A DNA stretch of 60,582 nucleotides, filler included, from Porpidia crustulata (Eukaryota): assembly GCA_964255105.1 (NCBI GenBank). It is 7 parts of 7 records of this genome, joined end to end, with 100 filler letters (N's around TTAATTAATTAA, not from the genome) between each part and the next. Parts side by side here need not be neighbours in the genome. Positions count along the whole stretch, not along the records: positions 43,397 to 51,939 come from CAXUWE010001098.1; positions 52,040 to 60,582 come from CAXUWE010001099.1; 5 more parts are not named here. The stretch is one strand, 5' to 3'. This document shows positions 47,954 through 60,582 of this stretch, one piece after another (within the stretch, counting starts at the first letter, position 1; each line of letters starts with the position of its first letter). The notes below the pieces were generated by a model. The model had not been told where the DNA came from and searched no databases. It saw nothing but the letters and a program-made list of their open reading frames with translations. Made by a program: the position numbers and the translations under genes.

Positions 47954-49053
47954 CTTGAAATTGGTTGACAAGAAGATGATCTGGAATGAATGAAATTATG
48001 AATGAAAGTCGTGGAGGACTAGATTACTTTATATCATCTTCTAGCTACCACGCCTAATCGGTCGGATTCTAGAGACCCCGCACGGGTTTTTTCCGCTGTA
48101 CGCCAAGACGTCATTAAATATATTGAATTCTTCCAACGTCTGTGACACATTGAGGCATACAAGTCGCAACCGACAGCATAGACAATAACACGGACATAGT
48201 ACAAAAAAGAGTAGAGATGTACCCACAACAGAAAAGATCAGACTCATAGTATCAAAAAACTGGTATTTTGGTATCGCCACACAGAGACGGGGACGACGGC
48301 CACGTGAATAGCTTCATCACACTACTAGGTAACAGGGGGCGGGAAATGGACTTCTGTTGGTTTTGCGGGGAACATCTAAATAAACATCATGGCAGTCTGA
48401 ATTGTCCATAAATAGATAACTAGACAGTCGTTAGGAGTAAAGTATCCACGGAGCAAGAGTGTTTGTCGATCGGGGACAGCTGATGGACCAATTGAGAGAC
48501 GAGAAACTCCCCTAACGCAATGGTGTACATTCTAGCAAGGATCAGATAAGAACGCGGCTCATAATGCAAACGGCTAGATTCTCTAGTTAATGGCTTGCGG
48601 CATACTGGAAGACTAGGAATGGGAATGGCATGCGTTGAAATAGTAATAAACAGGGTATAATCAATGGAGCTTCATAATGACTATGTGTGAGAATTGAGGG
48701 TTTTCAGTCGAGCGGTAGACAAGTCTGACTATCTTACAGAAATTTGAAAGACTATGAAAGCACAATAGCTCAGGGCAGATCTGGAGATAAAGGCGGTGAT
48801 GGCGAAATGGTAACTCCGCTTTATAGGGATGGGGTTCGCGGGGTGGGAATGGGAAAGGAAGACGGGGATGTATGATGTCGACGTGACCAGATGGATGATT
48901 CTGCCTTGCAACGTGATCAGCAGGGGTGTACCTTAGTCTGTAGAGTAGAGTAGCGCCGCTACGCTGGTAGCCGCCCGCTAGTGAAGCCGGCTCACGTGAG
49001 CAGGGATTCATATAGAGTATAGCAGTATCACGTCGGTGGATGGCTGGTGGAAG

Positions 49054-51939
49054 ATGGCAATACAGGAGTGGCATCAATTCTTCGAGGCCTGCATCCGTAA
49101 ACGCCTTCCACCCGACAAATTCCGCCTCCTCTTCCAGACTTTTGCCTTTCAGCACGACAGTCCGCCAGGTCGAAATCTTGTCAATGTCTTACTCAACGAG
49201 GGTCAAAAAGCGTCCACCCGGCGGTCAGATCCTCGTATCCCGCTGTACGTGCGCGAAATGCTGCAGATGAAGGTCGTCAGTACAAGCAATGTTCTGGTTG
49301 CTACCTTGCCGCTATCCACAGCCAATGGTCTCGCAACTGACGATGGGACCGTGGACAATACCGCCAATCACCAACATCCACGTACCGAGACTCTTCTTAT
49401 CCAAATGATGACTCTCGAAATTTCTAATGGTCTGATCGATTCCAAAGAGGACTTGCAGGATGTTCTGGGAACTCTGATCAAGACAAAGTATAGCAGTGCC
49501 AATTCGGAAGCGCTGGGATACTTTATATCCGCGATATTGAACACTCCCTTAGCCCAAGACGTTTTGAGTCACATATCTTCGAAAAGTGTGCAAACGTGCT
49601 TCCTTTCCCGGTAATACATACTGATTGTCCCTCCCAGAACTCAGATCTTCTTTTGGTCGTTTACTTTCCTCTCTCATACCTCAAGTCAGTCAGACAGATC
49701 CACAGCTTGCCAACACATTGGATTTTTGGCAGAAACAATATGTCATGCATGAAGATACGACTACCGAGCCTTTGGATTTACTAAATGCTGTCGATTTGGG
49801 CGCCCTTTCATTCCAGGATAGTGTTCTGGACAATGCTGCCCTCAATTCTAGAGCTGGTCTCTATGTTTTTCTTAACGCTCTGGTAAGCGGATAAATCACT
49901 CGTACATACCATGCTTTGGGTCGTAATATTGCAATAAAAGTGACAGACACTGATTCTTGAAGCTATATGCGCGACCTTTGTTTGATGATCTTACAGTAGT
50001 GAATTATCTGAACATGCGATACAAGGTTCGGAAGCATCATGTACCTGTACATCATATAGTATACTGAAACCTAGCAGGGAGACGTCACCAACCTAGTCAC
50101 AGATCTAATTCTAGCTTCTTTTGATATTCTGGCAAATGCCATGTACCGGAATGAGCCCGCTGAATCTATTACCCTTTTGCGATCATTTCTCGTCAACAAA
50201 TTGCCCGTCTTTCTAACCAATTATGCCGGCATGATATTCCCGCCTCTAAGTATTCAGTATTGCATAGAACAAGCCCTGCTACGTGTCGATCCAGCTGCTT
50301 TTCCTTCCTTTACGCAGATGTTTGACCTTCTAGGGAAGAACAGTATGCTTTCCGAAGCTCGACAGGAGTTCCTCTTCGCTTGCGCTCTTCATCAATTGAT
50401 ACCGGAGCAGAGTATTGAGCTTCTCCTTGGTGATGTTCCAATGCAGAGTCTACCTGCTTCTGGGAGATATAACAAAGACAATCTTGTTGTGCAGTGTCAT
50501 GCTAGTCCTGGGAAGATTGAGGAACTAATTGGAGAACTTGAGAATATGGAAGGTAATGCTGGTGAGATAGCCGGTGCACTTCTTGAGGTAAGCCGATACG
50601 AAACCATGTCAAGCTCTCATATCTCATCCAGATAGCACCCGCATACATTCCTTGTACATTTCTTATTCTGTTAGGAATTGCACTGCTAAGCTTACACGAT
50701 AATCTAGATTATACGAACCCTTTGTGCTAACAACGACACAATGACATTAAAAAACATCCTCAATGTCTTATCCCGTAAACCCTTGACCTTGGATGTTATT
50801 CTACTATTCACCCGCCCAGTTATGCTTTTGCAGCCCTTGTGCCAGATTCTTGATAATTGGCAGGATCATGAGGACCAGGGTGTGTAAACCTATGCTAAAG
50901 CGATGCTTGCTAATTCATATAGGCGAGTACCAACCTTTATACGAAGACTTTGGCAGCATTCTTCTGTTTATTATGATTGTCAGACATCGATTTGATCTTA
51001 AAAATTATGACCTCGGCATTGACCGTTCGAGCTCTTTTGTACGCAATTACCTGCAAAATGCCAGTGCCAGCCGATCTCCCGAACACTTGACGGAGCATGA
51101 AAACAAGTTACTTGGTGGCTGGATCCGAGGGCTTTTCGAAACCGATAGTATTAATGATGAACTCATGTCGATGTGCAGACCTAAAGAATTCCACTTGCTG
51201 GTGGCGACTTTGTTTGATCAGAGTCTTAGGGCTTGTCAAGCCAAGCTTTTGGCGCTCGATACTCTGAAAGGTGGCTTTCAATGTAGGCGACCTGTCTCAT
51301 CAAATACCTGTATTGATCCTGTTACTATATGGCACCGACTACGTCCAAAGACTTATCAGTATCCTCTAGACCTCCTGGAACCTTTCCTGCTTCCCTCCCT
51401 CATAGCAGGCCTAACTTGGTTTACACACAATATCTGGGAAACCACGGAATCCTCCACAAACATCAATATGATCATTCCAACCCTCCAAACCCTCCTCAAG
51501 CCCCCTTCCATTTCCTCCGACTCTTCCGCAATCCACTCCGCCGTCCTCTCAATCATCGCCAAACCCCTCGAGGATTCCTTAAGTCACGCCCAACGTCAAC
51601 ATCCACTACGCGTCGACATAAACCCCCTACTCGAAACGCTCAAATTACACGACAGCAAAGCAAGACACGACGCCACCGCTTATACTGAATTCGAAGGCTG
51701 GGCATCCACACCAGGCGGAGGACTAGTCGCAGCCTTGAAAACCACCACCCAAAACCTAACCCTATGGAGCAGCACCGCAACCGACATGTCCCCCCCCAGC
51801 TACACCCACCGCCAGCTCACCCACACCCTCCGCATCCTCGGCGTCAAACCCGTCCTGCAAATCCTCCTCGACGACCTAATGTCCCACTTCACCACCAGCC
51901 ACCCGGACCTCGACATCCTCCTCGACATCACCACCGTCC
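49054..51939 (+). CDS. MED5: Mediator complex subunit 5 (Med5/Nut1), truncated at contig end
   Basis: NSRAGLYVFLNAL, FLVNKLP, EARQEFLFACALH, EYQPLYEDFGSILL, GWIRGLF..I.DELMSMCRP..F.LLVATLFDQS, LLEPFLLPSL; about six introns. Confidence 0.9.
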
Positions 51940-52039
51940 NNNNNNNNNNNNNNNNNNNNNNNNNNNNNNNNNNNNNNNNNNNNTTAATTAATTAANNNNN
52001 NNNNNNNNNNNNNNNNNNNNNNNNNNNNNNNNNNNNNNN
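51940..52039. other. Artificial contig linker
   Basis: N44-TTAATTAATTAA-N44. Confidence 0.99.
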
Positions 52040-54484
52040 CCCCCTTCAGCATTGACATCGGCCCCAGCATCCAGTAGCAGTTGCACCACCTCCTCGTAAC
52101 CACTTTTTGATGCTGCCTGGAGTGCATTGCCATAAATCCCTCCTCGAGCGTTGATATCAATGGCTTGGGGGATAATAATCTCGATGACTTGTAACAACCC
52201 CATCGAAGCTGCATAATACAAAGGCTGGGCCACGTCCTTCATCGTAAGCGACAGACTCGAGCTTCGCCAGGGACGATCAATGTTGTACAATTGTAGCCAC
52301 GGAAGCACGCCAGCGTCTTTGATCATCAAAAACTTCCGAGCAAGTTTGATCACCGTAGGATTAAGCGTGGAATCAGTAGCTCGTGCGTGCTGCCACCAGT
52401 ACTCAGCTGCATATCGAGATAGTGGATGCTGGTCGACCAAGTCCTTAGTCAAGGGTAAATTCTCATACAGATATAGCAAGTAGTGTAGGCAGCTTTCCGC
52501 CATCGCCATATGACAAGTTGGTGGCTGAAAATCCACTGTCAGAAGGCAACAATCAGACAAAAGGTACTCTTTCACCGAAAAGTGTGCAAGCCGAATCCGA
52601 GTTTCATGGGATTCTTCATTAATATCCCCGCAGCTGATCAGACTGGAGCAGATAACCATAATATCAGCAGGGTCCGGGAGGCGTTCATCGGGGCAGAAGC
52701 CTCCACTGCCTCCATTCTGAATAGCGAGGACTTCAATGATTTCCGATAAATGTAGTGGAACATCCGAGAAACATAGCCATCTCAATACTATGATAGCATC
52801 TTGACGCTGCCCAGCCGTCTCAATGCTCTGAAGTATCCTATCATACGTTTCGTACAGTGTCTTCGGCAACGTCGATAATGCGTTTTTGAGGGCACTCAAC
52901 TTGACACATTGTCGGATAGACTCGAGCTGACAGTAAACCCACCTAAACCTGTTCCTTTATTAGCGGACTGGATATGACGTTTTTGAATAGCAAACGCACA
53001 TGCCATCTTCCTTCTCCATCAGCACCGCAACAATTTCTTCTTGTACTTTTCTTGGCCATTTCTTCAATTTGCTATCCGTAGCTAGGCGATTACGAACATA
53101 TATACGAATATCCTCGTCCACAAGCTTACTTTGAATATTAATACTACAGTTTGCGATAGAACCTAGTTGTTCTTCGATATCTTTCTCTCGACGACTCGTA
53201 ATCATAATACGAAGACCTTCCTGTTGTGAGTGAACCAATCCACGAATAAAGGTTATAAAATCTTCGCGATCGGCACACTCATCTAGCGCATCCAAGATCA
53301 TGTACTTATGTCCTGTAGAGATTACCGCATCTTTAAGTAGTGATTGTATGACGTCTTGAGCGGGTTGCTGCTGCCCATTATTACACCGTTGGTACAGACC
53401 TTCAAGAATCTGAAGACGGTTCTGATGTTGCAGAGTGAATTGAAACAGTAGTGATCGAATCGCCTTTTTCGAGGACTGCTTCTCCACATCGTTGAAGTCA
53501 AAATAGAAATAACTGATCACAGTGTCAGATTGAGCCTTTTCAAATCGGATGATTTCTTGTAAAGCCGCCGCGCTGGCTCAATTTATTAATGTCTATTATC
53601 TAAAGCAGATATCTTGCTGATTTGACTAACCTCAATACTGTCTTGCCACAGCCGGCAAAAAATATTGGTCAGTCCAGTCTAATACGAAAGCGACCGCCAC
53701 GCACCGTTGCCATGGAGCCACATCAAAGAGGATGCAGAATTTTTCCACCTATTAAATTGTTGACCGTTTACAAACCATGATCTTGTTTCCAAATGTCGCT
53801 TTTCGAGCGCCGCATGAAGATTGGTGGATGGGTCCGGAAGTCCTAACCATCGCGATAATTTGTTTTGCAACTCCTCTATTCACGTATTAGGCTTATCTGA
53901 CTACAAGACTGACGAGTGGCGCTACTTACGATTTGCATGGCTCTGTAGCCGTTCCGTTCGGATTTGGATGTCCTCGATCTGTTCCTTGAGGGCCCAAATA
54001 TCACCATGGATTGCTTGTGATAATGTGCTTGTCTTGTCAGAGACAACCCAATCTGGACGCAAGTTCATGCTCACAGTAGGTCCCCGGTCAAGGCGCAGTT
54101 AACTAACAACTTCAGACGTTCCATCCGCTTCAAAGCATTCTCCACCTCCGATTTGGTGAACTTCCACCTTAAGACTGACTTGATCTGGTCTCTCTTCCTC
54201 GACGACGATGTCTGTCCTACCATCTTTTCCAGAATAACTTTAAATTCGTCTAATGGCCCATGTTGTATTCCTAGCATCTTAACCTGCCTAAATCATGGAT
54301 CGTCGGATCGTGCTGCTTCTACCCGAAAGCGCAGGCTGGTGAGCAAACTATAGAGATGGCTTGCCTCGATTGCCACCTTCTCCTGCTCTTTGATTGCATT
54401 TCTTACGTCGTTGATGTAGCCAGTGAGCGTTGTTGTCAACTTTAAGATGGCAATAATACTGGCGGTCATCGAGAGAGGATCCAT
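52040..54484 (-). pseudogene. Fungal NLR-like gene (SesA/HeLo-like N-terminus - NACHT - ankyrin repeats), inactivated; truncated at contig end
   Basis: MDPLSMTASIIAIL N-terminus, P-loop WLHGN/AGCGKTVLS, YFYFDF, Walker B ILDALDEC, FRWVYCQL, LAHFSVKEYL, ankyrin YGNALQAAS..GYEEVVQLLLDAGADVN. TGA at 54293-54295 and TG instead of AG at the P-loop intron acceptor (53656-53657). Confidence 0.82.
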
Positions 54485-55562
54485 TGGGCCAAAATATCAG
54501 CTTTGGAAAACTGCGGCCAGCGGACATTCGGCAGTTGATCACTCAAGCTTCGATGATGTGATTATCGTAAAGGAAGGATAGGTACGAGGATATGGCGCGA
54601 TCGATGATGGCTGTCAGTGAACGAGGAACTTGTTGGCTTGAGCATTATCGAACAAGAGTTCTTCGTGCAGCCGGCAACTTCTTGAATGACAACTGTAGGA
54701 CATTCTGGATAAAATTGCACAGTCCAAAGCTTGGAGCATGGAGAATTGAGATGGGCAAATGGTTGCCGCTACAGAGGTGGCTGCTATCAACGGCCAGCTT
54801 CCATAGCGTAGGTCAATCAACGACTTCCTTTCGCCATGGATCCTATTCCGGCCTAGATTTGGGATGTCCTGGCGCTAATCGGTCAAGCCCCGCGCATTTG
54901 GCCTTAGCCACAGTAGCCTTAAACTTCGGATACGATTTTTTTTAAGTATCAGAAGTGATAAGAATTAGAGACTGAACTTATAATAAGAAACTCTATTGCA
55001 CTGTAACAGAAGACTTTTTGTAGATTAAAGACGAAGACGACGATCGAAACGGAGTTTTTTTTAATAATATAGATTTAAAGTATTCAAAAATAATCACGCC
55101 AATCAGAGAGGCGCTGATCCTCCACCGACTGCTCACTTTGTCACATTCCGCCGGTGAGGAGTGTAGAGAGCCTCTTACCCGTACATGGGAAATTATCGAA
55201 CATGAAACAGTCTGAAAGTTTTTGCGAGAAAGATCGACCAATGGCAAATACAGAGGGCGACACCAAAGGTTCGACTGGCCACTGCTTGCCTGAACGTGCA
55301 TTTTGCGTGTTGGTCCTGGTCTGTCGTTCGATGTATATGCAATAATGTTCTTCCGATTTTATCGTGGCGATTCGTTCAAATGTTTCGTATTCGATATAAA
55401 TATTTCAGGTCATGGACTTTCTTCGATTCGTTCTTCGGTATTACAAAATTTAGACAAAGTTAAAGTAAAGAGACTTATGTCCGATCCATTTCCATTCGAT
55501 TTTGCTTCTATTAATAACACCCGTGTTAGATATTATAACAGTATATGCATAGTCAGACTTCC

Positions 55563-56672
55563 TTAAAGCCAGCCATGAAACCCAATCACCCCGCCAGAAC
55601 TCTTCTTCAATAAACGATTTCCGAAAAGATTTCCAACGTAAGCGACCGAGACATCAACCAAGATCAATTTCTTCCCCTTTCTGACGGACGAAATTGCCCA
55701 GTATCCCACCACTCGCCCAAAACCTGCGTTGACGGCGACAACCACGACGACTCGGAGTGTATCAGCTGCTTTAAACAATGTTATGCTCGCAAGGACGATT
55801 GTGCCGAGGGTATAGAAGCTTAAACTCAGCACCGCCGTGAAAAATTGCAAAGTACGACGCTGCCATCCTGAGCGGGGATCGCGAAGTACTATAGCTACAG
55901 TTTCAACCGGGCTATCGGTCTCTGTAGAATTCCTCAAAGGTTCGTTTGGAGTCTGTCGAGCTCCGCTATTCGCTTGGAGATGTATTTTCCTGCAAACAAA
56001 CGAATAATGCCTTAAACATATATTCAGAAGAGTAAGTGTTTGGCCTAGTGCGGCCCACATAAACACGTTTGCTTTTACTGGGCATGTGAAAGTGACGATT
56101 CCATATCTCATGACCTGAAAGAGCTCGTACCAAATTATGGTGCTCGTACCAATCATAGCTATTCCAATGAAAGCGTCTTGCAATCGGCCATTCCGCCACC
56201 CCCTTGAGTGCTTCTGTTTATTTTGCTTTATTCGCTCAAGAATGCTGTCTCGTGCTGTCTGTAAATCTTCCGGCCGCGCATCCTGATAGCTGGGCTTTGC
56301 AGCGGTCAAATGATTTCCCAACCGGGTTGAGAAGACAGTGACCGAGGAGAGGGAAATGGTGATTGCCAAAAAGATTGATTGCTCGGCGATGGCGGTGATT
56401 TCGTCAATGCTGTTGGAAATGAGGCCCACGATTGTTGGTATAAAGGCCAGAATAGATGCGCCGGCGGACCAGCGAGCTGGGTAATCACTGACGACACCAT
56501 CGATAGTGCAGCGGAGCATTTGGGCGCACAGAGCTTTCACATTCGGCCACATGGCTCGGCATCCTTCGATTACAGGTTGAACGGCAGGATACTTGCTTTG
56601 AAAAATGAAGTAGGCCAGCGATGGTTGCGAGAACGCGGAAAGCAGGACGGTTCCAAATATTGACAGGAACAT
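55563..56672 (-). CDS. Hypothetical multi-pass membrane protein with signal peptide (369 aa)
   Basis: Long single ATG-started ORF, N-terminal signal, Cys-containing ectodomain and about six hydrophobic segments; no family recognised. Confidence 0.65.
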   Translation of the reverse strand: MFLSIFGTVLLSAFSQPSLAYFIFQSKYPAVQPVIEGCRAMWPNVKALCAQMLRCTIDGVVSDYPARWSAGASILAFIPTIVGLISNSIDEITAIAEQSIFLAITISLSSVTVFSTRLGNHLTAAKPSYQDARPEDLQTARDSILERIKQNKQKHSRGWRNGRLQDAFIGIAMIGTSTIIWYELFQVMRYGIVTFTCPVKANVFMWAALGQTLTLLNICLRHYSFVCRKIHLQANSGARQTPNEPLRNSTETDSPVETVAIVLRDPRSGWQRRTLQFFTAVLSLSFYTLGTIVLASITLFKAADTLRVVVVVAVNAGFGRVVGYWAISSVRKGKKLILVDVSVAYVGNLFGNRLLKKSSGGVIGFHGWL

Positions 56673-57301
56673 TCTGTATCAGAGCCACGACATCAACAAA
56701 ATTGTTCAAAATTTTCAGCGGAACATTCTCAGATAAGTAGAGTCGCGCAGCGGGGTGAATCTCTCGATTACTTTTAACCTCATCCAAACCGGCACCCATC
56801 TTCTCTTCCGTTCCACCCCTTTCAGCATGCTCATCTGGTGCACAGGTGCAAACAGGACATATGATTGGAAGCCTTCATTATTATTACATAGTGAGTTACC
56901 AGCGAGCGAAAATCTAACCCAATGCATCCATGTATTTGGGTCCCGCAGGAGAGAGGACCAATGCATCTCCCTCCTGATGAAACTTCAGTCCAGCATCCCC
57001 AGTTAATGGTAGATAGGCCAGGACTTTCCTTGTATCCAAGAACACTTTTTAGTAGTGGCAAGGCATAGCACGATTCTTTGACGCGCCTTGCAAAGAAGTC
57101 CTGGACCCGGACCTGTCCGCACAGAGGTTTAGCTCACTTGGTGTAGATACGGCCCATTGCTGCTACGTAATCGAGAGGGCAACTTTTTAGTGTAGTAGAG
57201 GGTGGCGGAAAGGCAGTGATAGGGTGGCGGTGAGAGGATGCGGGCCAGTGTATAAAATTCCTTCCTTTGATCCAAGCCAAATCCCCCCTGGATAGATAGA
57301 A

Positions 57302-57395
57302 CTCGTTCCCACCCCTCGACGGTCCACCACAGTCAAAACTAGTAAATATATCCCTAACCCTAGGTACGGGGGACCGTTGAGGGGTGGGAACCACT
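57302..57395. mobile_element. Diverged MITE-like element related to 8436-8534
   Basis: 21-bp inverted repeats at 57305-57325 and 57371-57391 with 1 mismatch, sharing core CACCCCTC(A/G)ACGG. Internal CCCTAACCCTAG. Right terminus is degenerate. Confidence 0.6.
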
Positions 57396-57553
57396 GCTAC
57401 GGGTGTATTTTAGTAGCAACCTAAGGTAATTCTCCCGTTGCTAATCTAGATCTGGTCTAGAGAGGCAACAGCCGCATCGCTATGTTTTCTAAATTTTACG
57501 TTAGATAAAAGCCCATCTTCATCTTCTTTTCCGCTCGCAGTGAACGGTCAAAG

Positions 57554-58638
57554 ATGAAGGGCACCAATAGGATCGTTATCAGCGCCTCGGTCATATCGAT
57601 ACTGCTCCTTGTGGTCTTAGCGCGACATCTCTTAGATCTTGGCAACCAGTACAGCGCCTTAACATATTTCCGAGCTTCTATCGCGAATTCTTTCTCTCAC
57701 GATCCGTCGAACCATCTACCCGCCATTGGAGTCGAAACCGGTGACAAGGTCATTGTCATGGCCAAAATGGAGAGTGAAGACACCGATTGGGTTACCAGGG
57801 AACTTCCCTCGTTCGTCAACACCCTTCCTATCTTTCTTCCCCTACAAGCACTATTCTCTATTACTTACTTCATCCACTTTTCAGTTGGCAACGTGCAATC
57901 TATACCGTCAATCCTTCCGCGTCTCCCGCCTCAAACGACACACTCACCACCCCTCTGAACAAAGGTCACGAGGCCATGGCTTACTTAACCTACATCATCG
58001 ACAACTACTCCTCCCTCCCTTCCATATTGGCATTCGTGCACCCACACCGCTCCGGCTTCTTGTCAGCCTGGCACACTGACACGCCTTTGCATTCCAACGT
58101 CGATGCCCTCAACTCCCTTCAGGTATCCTTTGTGAAAGAGAATGGCTACGCGAATCTTCGCTGTAATTGGAATCCTGGCTGTCTCAAGAAACACAGGAAG
58201 AATGAACATATTACAACAGAGGTATGGCGGGAGATATTCAATGGTACATCAATGGACAAGGGTGGAAGTCACGAGGCTCCATCACATGTCGGTGCTGCAT
58301 GCTGCGCACAATTTGCCGTCTCGTGTTCTCGGGTAACAGAGCGGCCGTTGAATGACTATGAGCACTTCCGACAATGGATTATTGACACAGATATGACGGA
58401 TGCGAAGAGTGGCCGCGTGTTGGAGTTCTTATGGCATGTCATTTTTGGCATGCAGGCTGTATAGTAAGTTCAAGGCTTTCCCCTCCCCTTCCATCGCGTT
58501 GATACTACAGAAAAGGAGGCGTGACAAGAACCAACAGCATTGAACTCAACAAGAGTCTCAAGTGCTGATCGCACATTTCCATACAGTTGTCCCGACGAAA
58601 AGACTTGCTACTGTGACGTCTATGGAAGATGCCCTTAG
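57554..58638 (+). CDS. DUF3431 family type II membrane protein
   Basis: N-terminal TM, NKGHEAMAYLTYIIDNY, AWHTD, GYANLRC, CCAQFAVS, SGRVLEFLWHVIFG, final exon CPDEKTCYCDVYGRCP*; two introns. Confidence 0.9.
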
Positions 58639-60582
58639 CCGGCATTGAAAAGACCTGAATGACAGGTTTTGCATGGCTTTTTAGCTCACTCTTATAGCAT
58701 GGGAGCTCAGATTTCTCAATTAAGATTTAGATTGGGGGACTACCTTGGGGACCACGTCACACTCTACGTTTGTCGTCCGAAACAGGATACGGACTCAATC
58801 GCAAATCGCAGCAGAAGGGAACCGACCAAAAGAACATAAGTACAACATCAGGAATCACTTGAAACGCGCAGGAACCTAGTGAATCCCCTCCATATCAGCA
58901 GCTCGCGCCCGCGAAGATTTACCAGCATGTTGCTCGCGGTAGGACGGAAGTGGTTGAGTGTAGCCTTCGCATTGCCTCTAAACTTACGAGGCAAAGTGAC
59001 AAGGGGGAGTGATGAAAACGAGGAATAAGGGAATAAATATAGAACATAAAGAGGCCGAGAGGTGCAGAAAGGAGCAGAGATGGAGTCGAAGAAAATTGGA
59101 AAGAACAAAGCTCGACGAAACTTTTGGAGCAAAACGACGGTCATTATTTTAGTGAGCGGTCATTTCATGTCCTCGGATCTAAAGAGCTAGTATTATATGA
59201 GTCAATAATTTGGGATTCTTGGTTGTTTTATTAACCTGCGAAATAATTCTATTTACACTACTGAGTCGTCATCTTTGCATAAAAGTTTCGATCTCATTAC
59301 AAAGCAAGTGAAGGACAACATTGCAATGCCGAGTAACGACAGGCGTATCTCCTAGAATCATTAAAGTCGTCCAGATACGCATCTGCGTCCTCGTCTCCAG
59401 CAGTCATACAGCGATCGCAGAATCTCTCAAGCGCTCCCTACCACGCCTTACCCCCCATAATTTCGACCCATCATGAACGCTTCGCCCGCAAGACCTCGCA
59501 AAAAGAGGCAAAATACAACCTCGCGCTACTCTATCAAAACCTGCACACGAAAAATCCTCGCTCGCACTTTCTCCATCACCTATACTATAGCATACATAGA
59601 ATAGCCGTTTGGCCCCGGATACATAGGTACCTTGGTCTTTCGTAGTTTTTGAGCGCGCACGCTGACTATGTATCCCTGGTTGGTGTCTTTCTCTTGTTGG
59701 AGCAAAGACTAGTGGCAATTTTGAGATTCTGGGGCAGAAACATGCTGTGCTTGAGATTCGTTATCTACACTACTCTAGGTCCAATCTATCTCCAATTTGC
59801 AACGACATGCTGTCTGGTATTTCGATGCCACAACGATACACTCATATCCCTCTCTTTCCAGTTAAACATTAATCAGCAAGATAACAGATCTCCCATTTAT
59901 CATCAACTCATAAAAACTTTCTGCTTTTTCGAAAAAGGCCCGTACAAACATATTCTCAAGACACAGAACGTCGCTTGAAACTTCACTCGGCCTTCGGGGT
60001 TGAGTTTGTAAATTTTGACAGGCTGTATGTATGTAGCTGGACTTACCTATTGTCAAAGGGAAAAAGGTGGGCTGCGATGATGTAGGTCTGTGGGGTCTTT
60101 GGACGATTTTGTTGGTTATGCGCATTTAGTTAGCTTACTATATCTTAAGATTCTTGGCTGTTTGTCTGGCTGTTTGTTTGTTTATGTGGCTGGTCATGTT
60201 CCTGGATTTTTGAGTCTCGAGATGATGATTTGGGTTGCGCGTCACCTGGGGGGGCTGGCTTCGGTGGAAATTAATGGTTGGTTTCGGCTGGCAAAGGGGA
60301 TTATGGGGGAAAAGGAGGAGGAGGGGTTCGAGCCGAAGGATGGGAGATCTGGTTTTCAGGTCTTATCTGCTGCGCTCTTGCACTGGCTTATGATGCTTCC
60401 TCTTGCTCCCCTTTTGCTTCGGTGTTTCTTCCTCCCTGCTCCCTCGCTGCTTTTTCTAAAGCTGTCTTGCTCCCTTTTTTCATCGAGTAGAGTGGGTTTT
60501 CAATTCTAAGTTGTTGGTTTATAATATATAGTAGTAGTAGTAGTAGATTTCATTCCGCCCGGAGGCTCTAAGCCTATAGGGT

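Noticed and set aside
48660..48960. Possible snoRNA or hairpin RNA upstream of MED5
   Set aside because: One imperfect stem only; no convincing C/D or H/ACA boxes.

Overview
Fungal (Pezizomycotina) nuclear DNA with short GT-AG introns and CTRAY branch sites. A lichen-forming lineage is plausible but is inference only. The window is NOT one locus. It is seven ~8.5-kb contigs sorted by length (8596, 8590, 8585, 8568, 8557, 8543, 8543 bp) and joined by artificial 100-bp N44-TTAATTAATTAA-N44 linkers. Core genes: a DH-BAR-SH3 RhoGEF, MON1, DOP1, PDA1, a VelC-like velvet factor, HGH1, a Cid1-family nucleotidyltransferase, TFG1 and MED5. Accessory genes: a GNAT, a DUF3494 ice-binding protein, a Ser/Thr-rich surface protein, a secreted DPBB-like protein, a sugar/polyol transporter with a nonsense codon, an NLR pseudogene, a DUF3431 protein and two hypothetical membrane proteins. 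The best finding is invisible to the ORF track: a ~1.55-kb candidate telomerase RNA gene between the Cid1-like gene and TFG1. It has a TATA box, an ACCCTAACC template, a template-boundary helix, a long nested core-enclosing duplex and a CR4/5-like three-way junction. Also notable are a bacterial-type ice-binding protein with an amber codon in its signal peptide and a ~100-bp MITE-like family carrying a telomere-repeat motif. All base-pairings were traced by eye and no searches were run.
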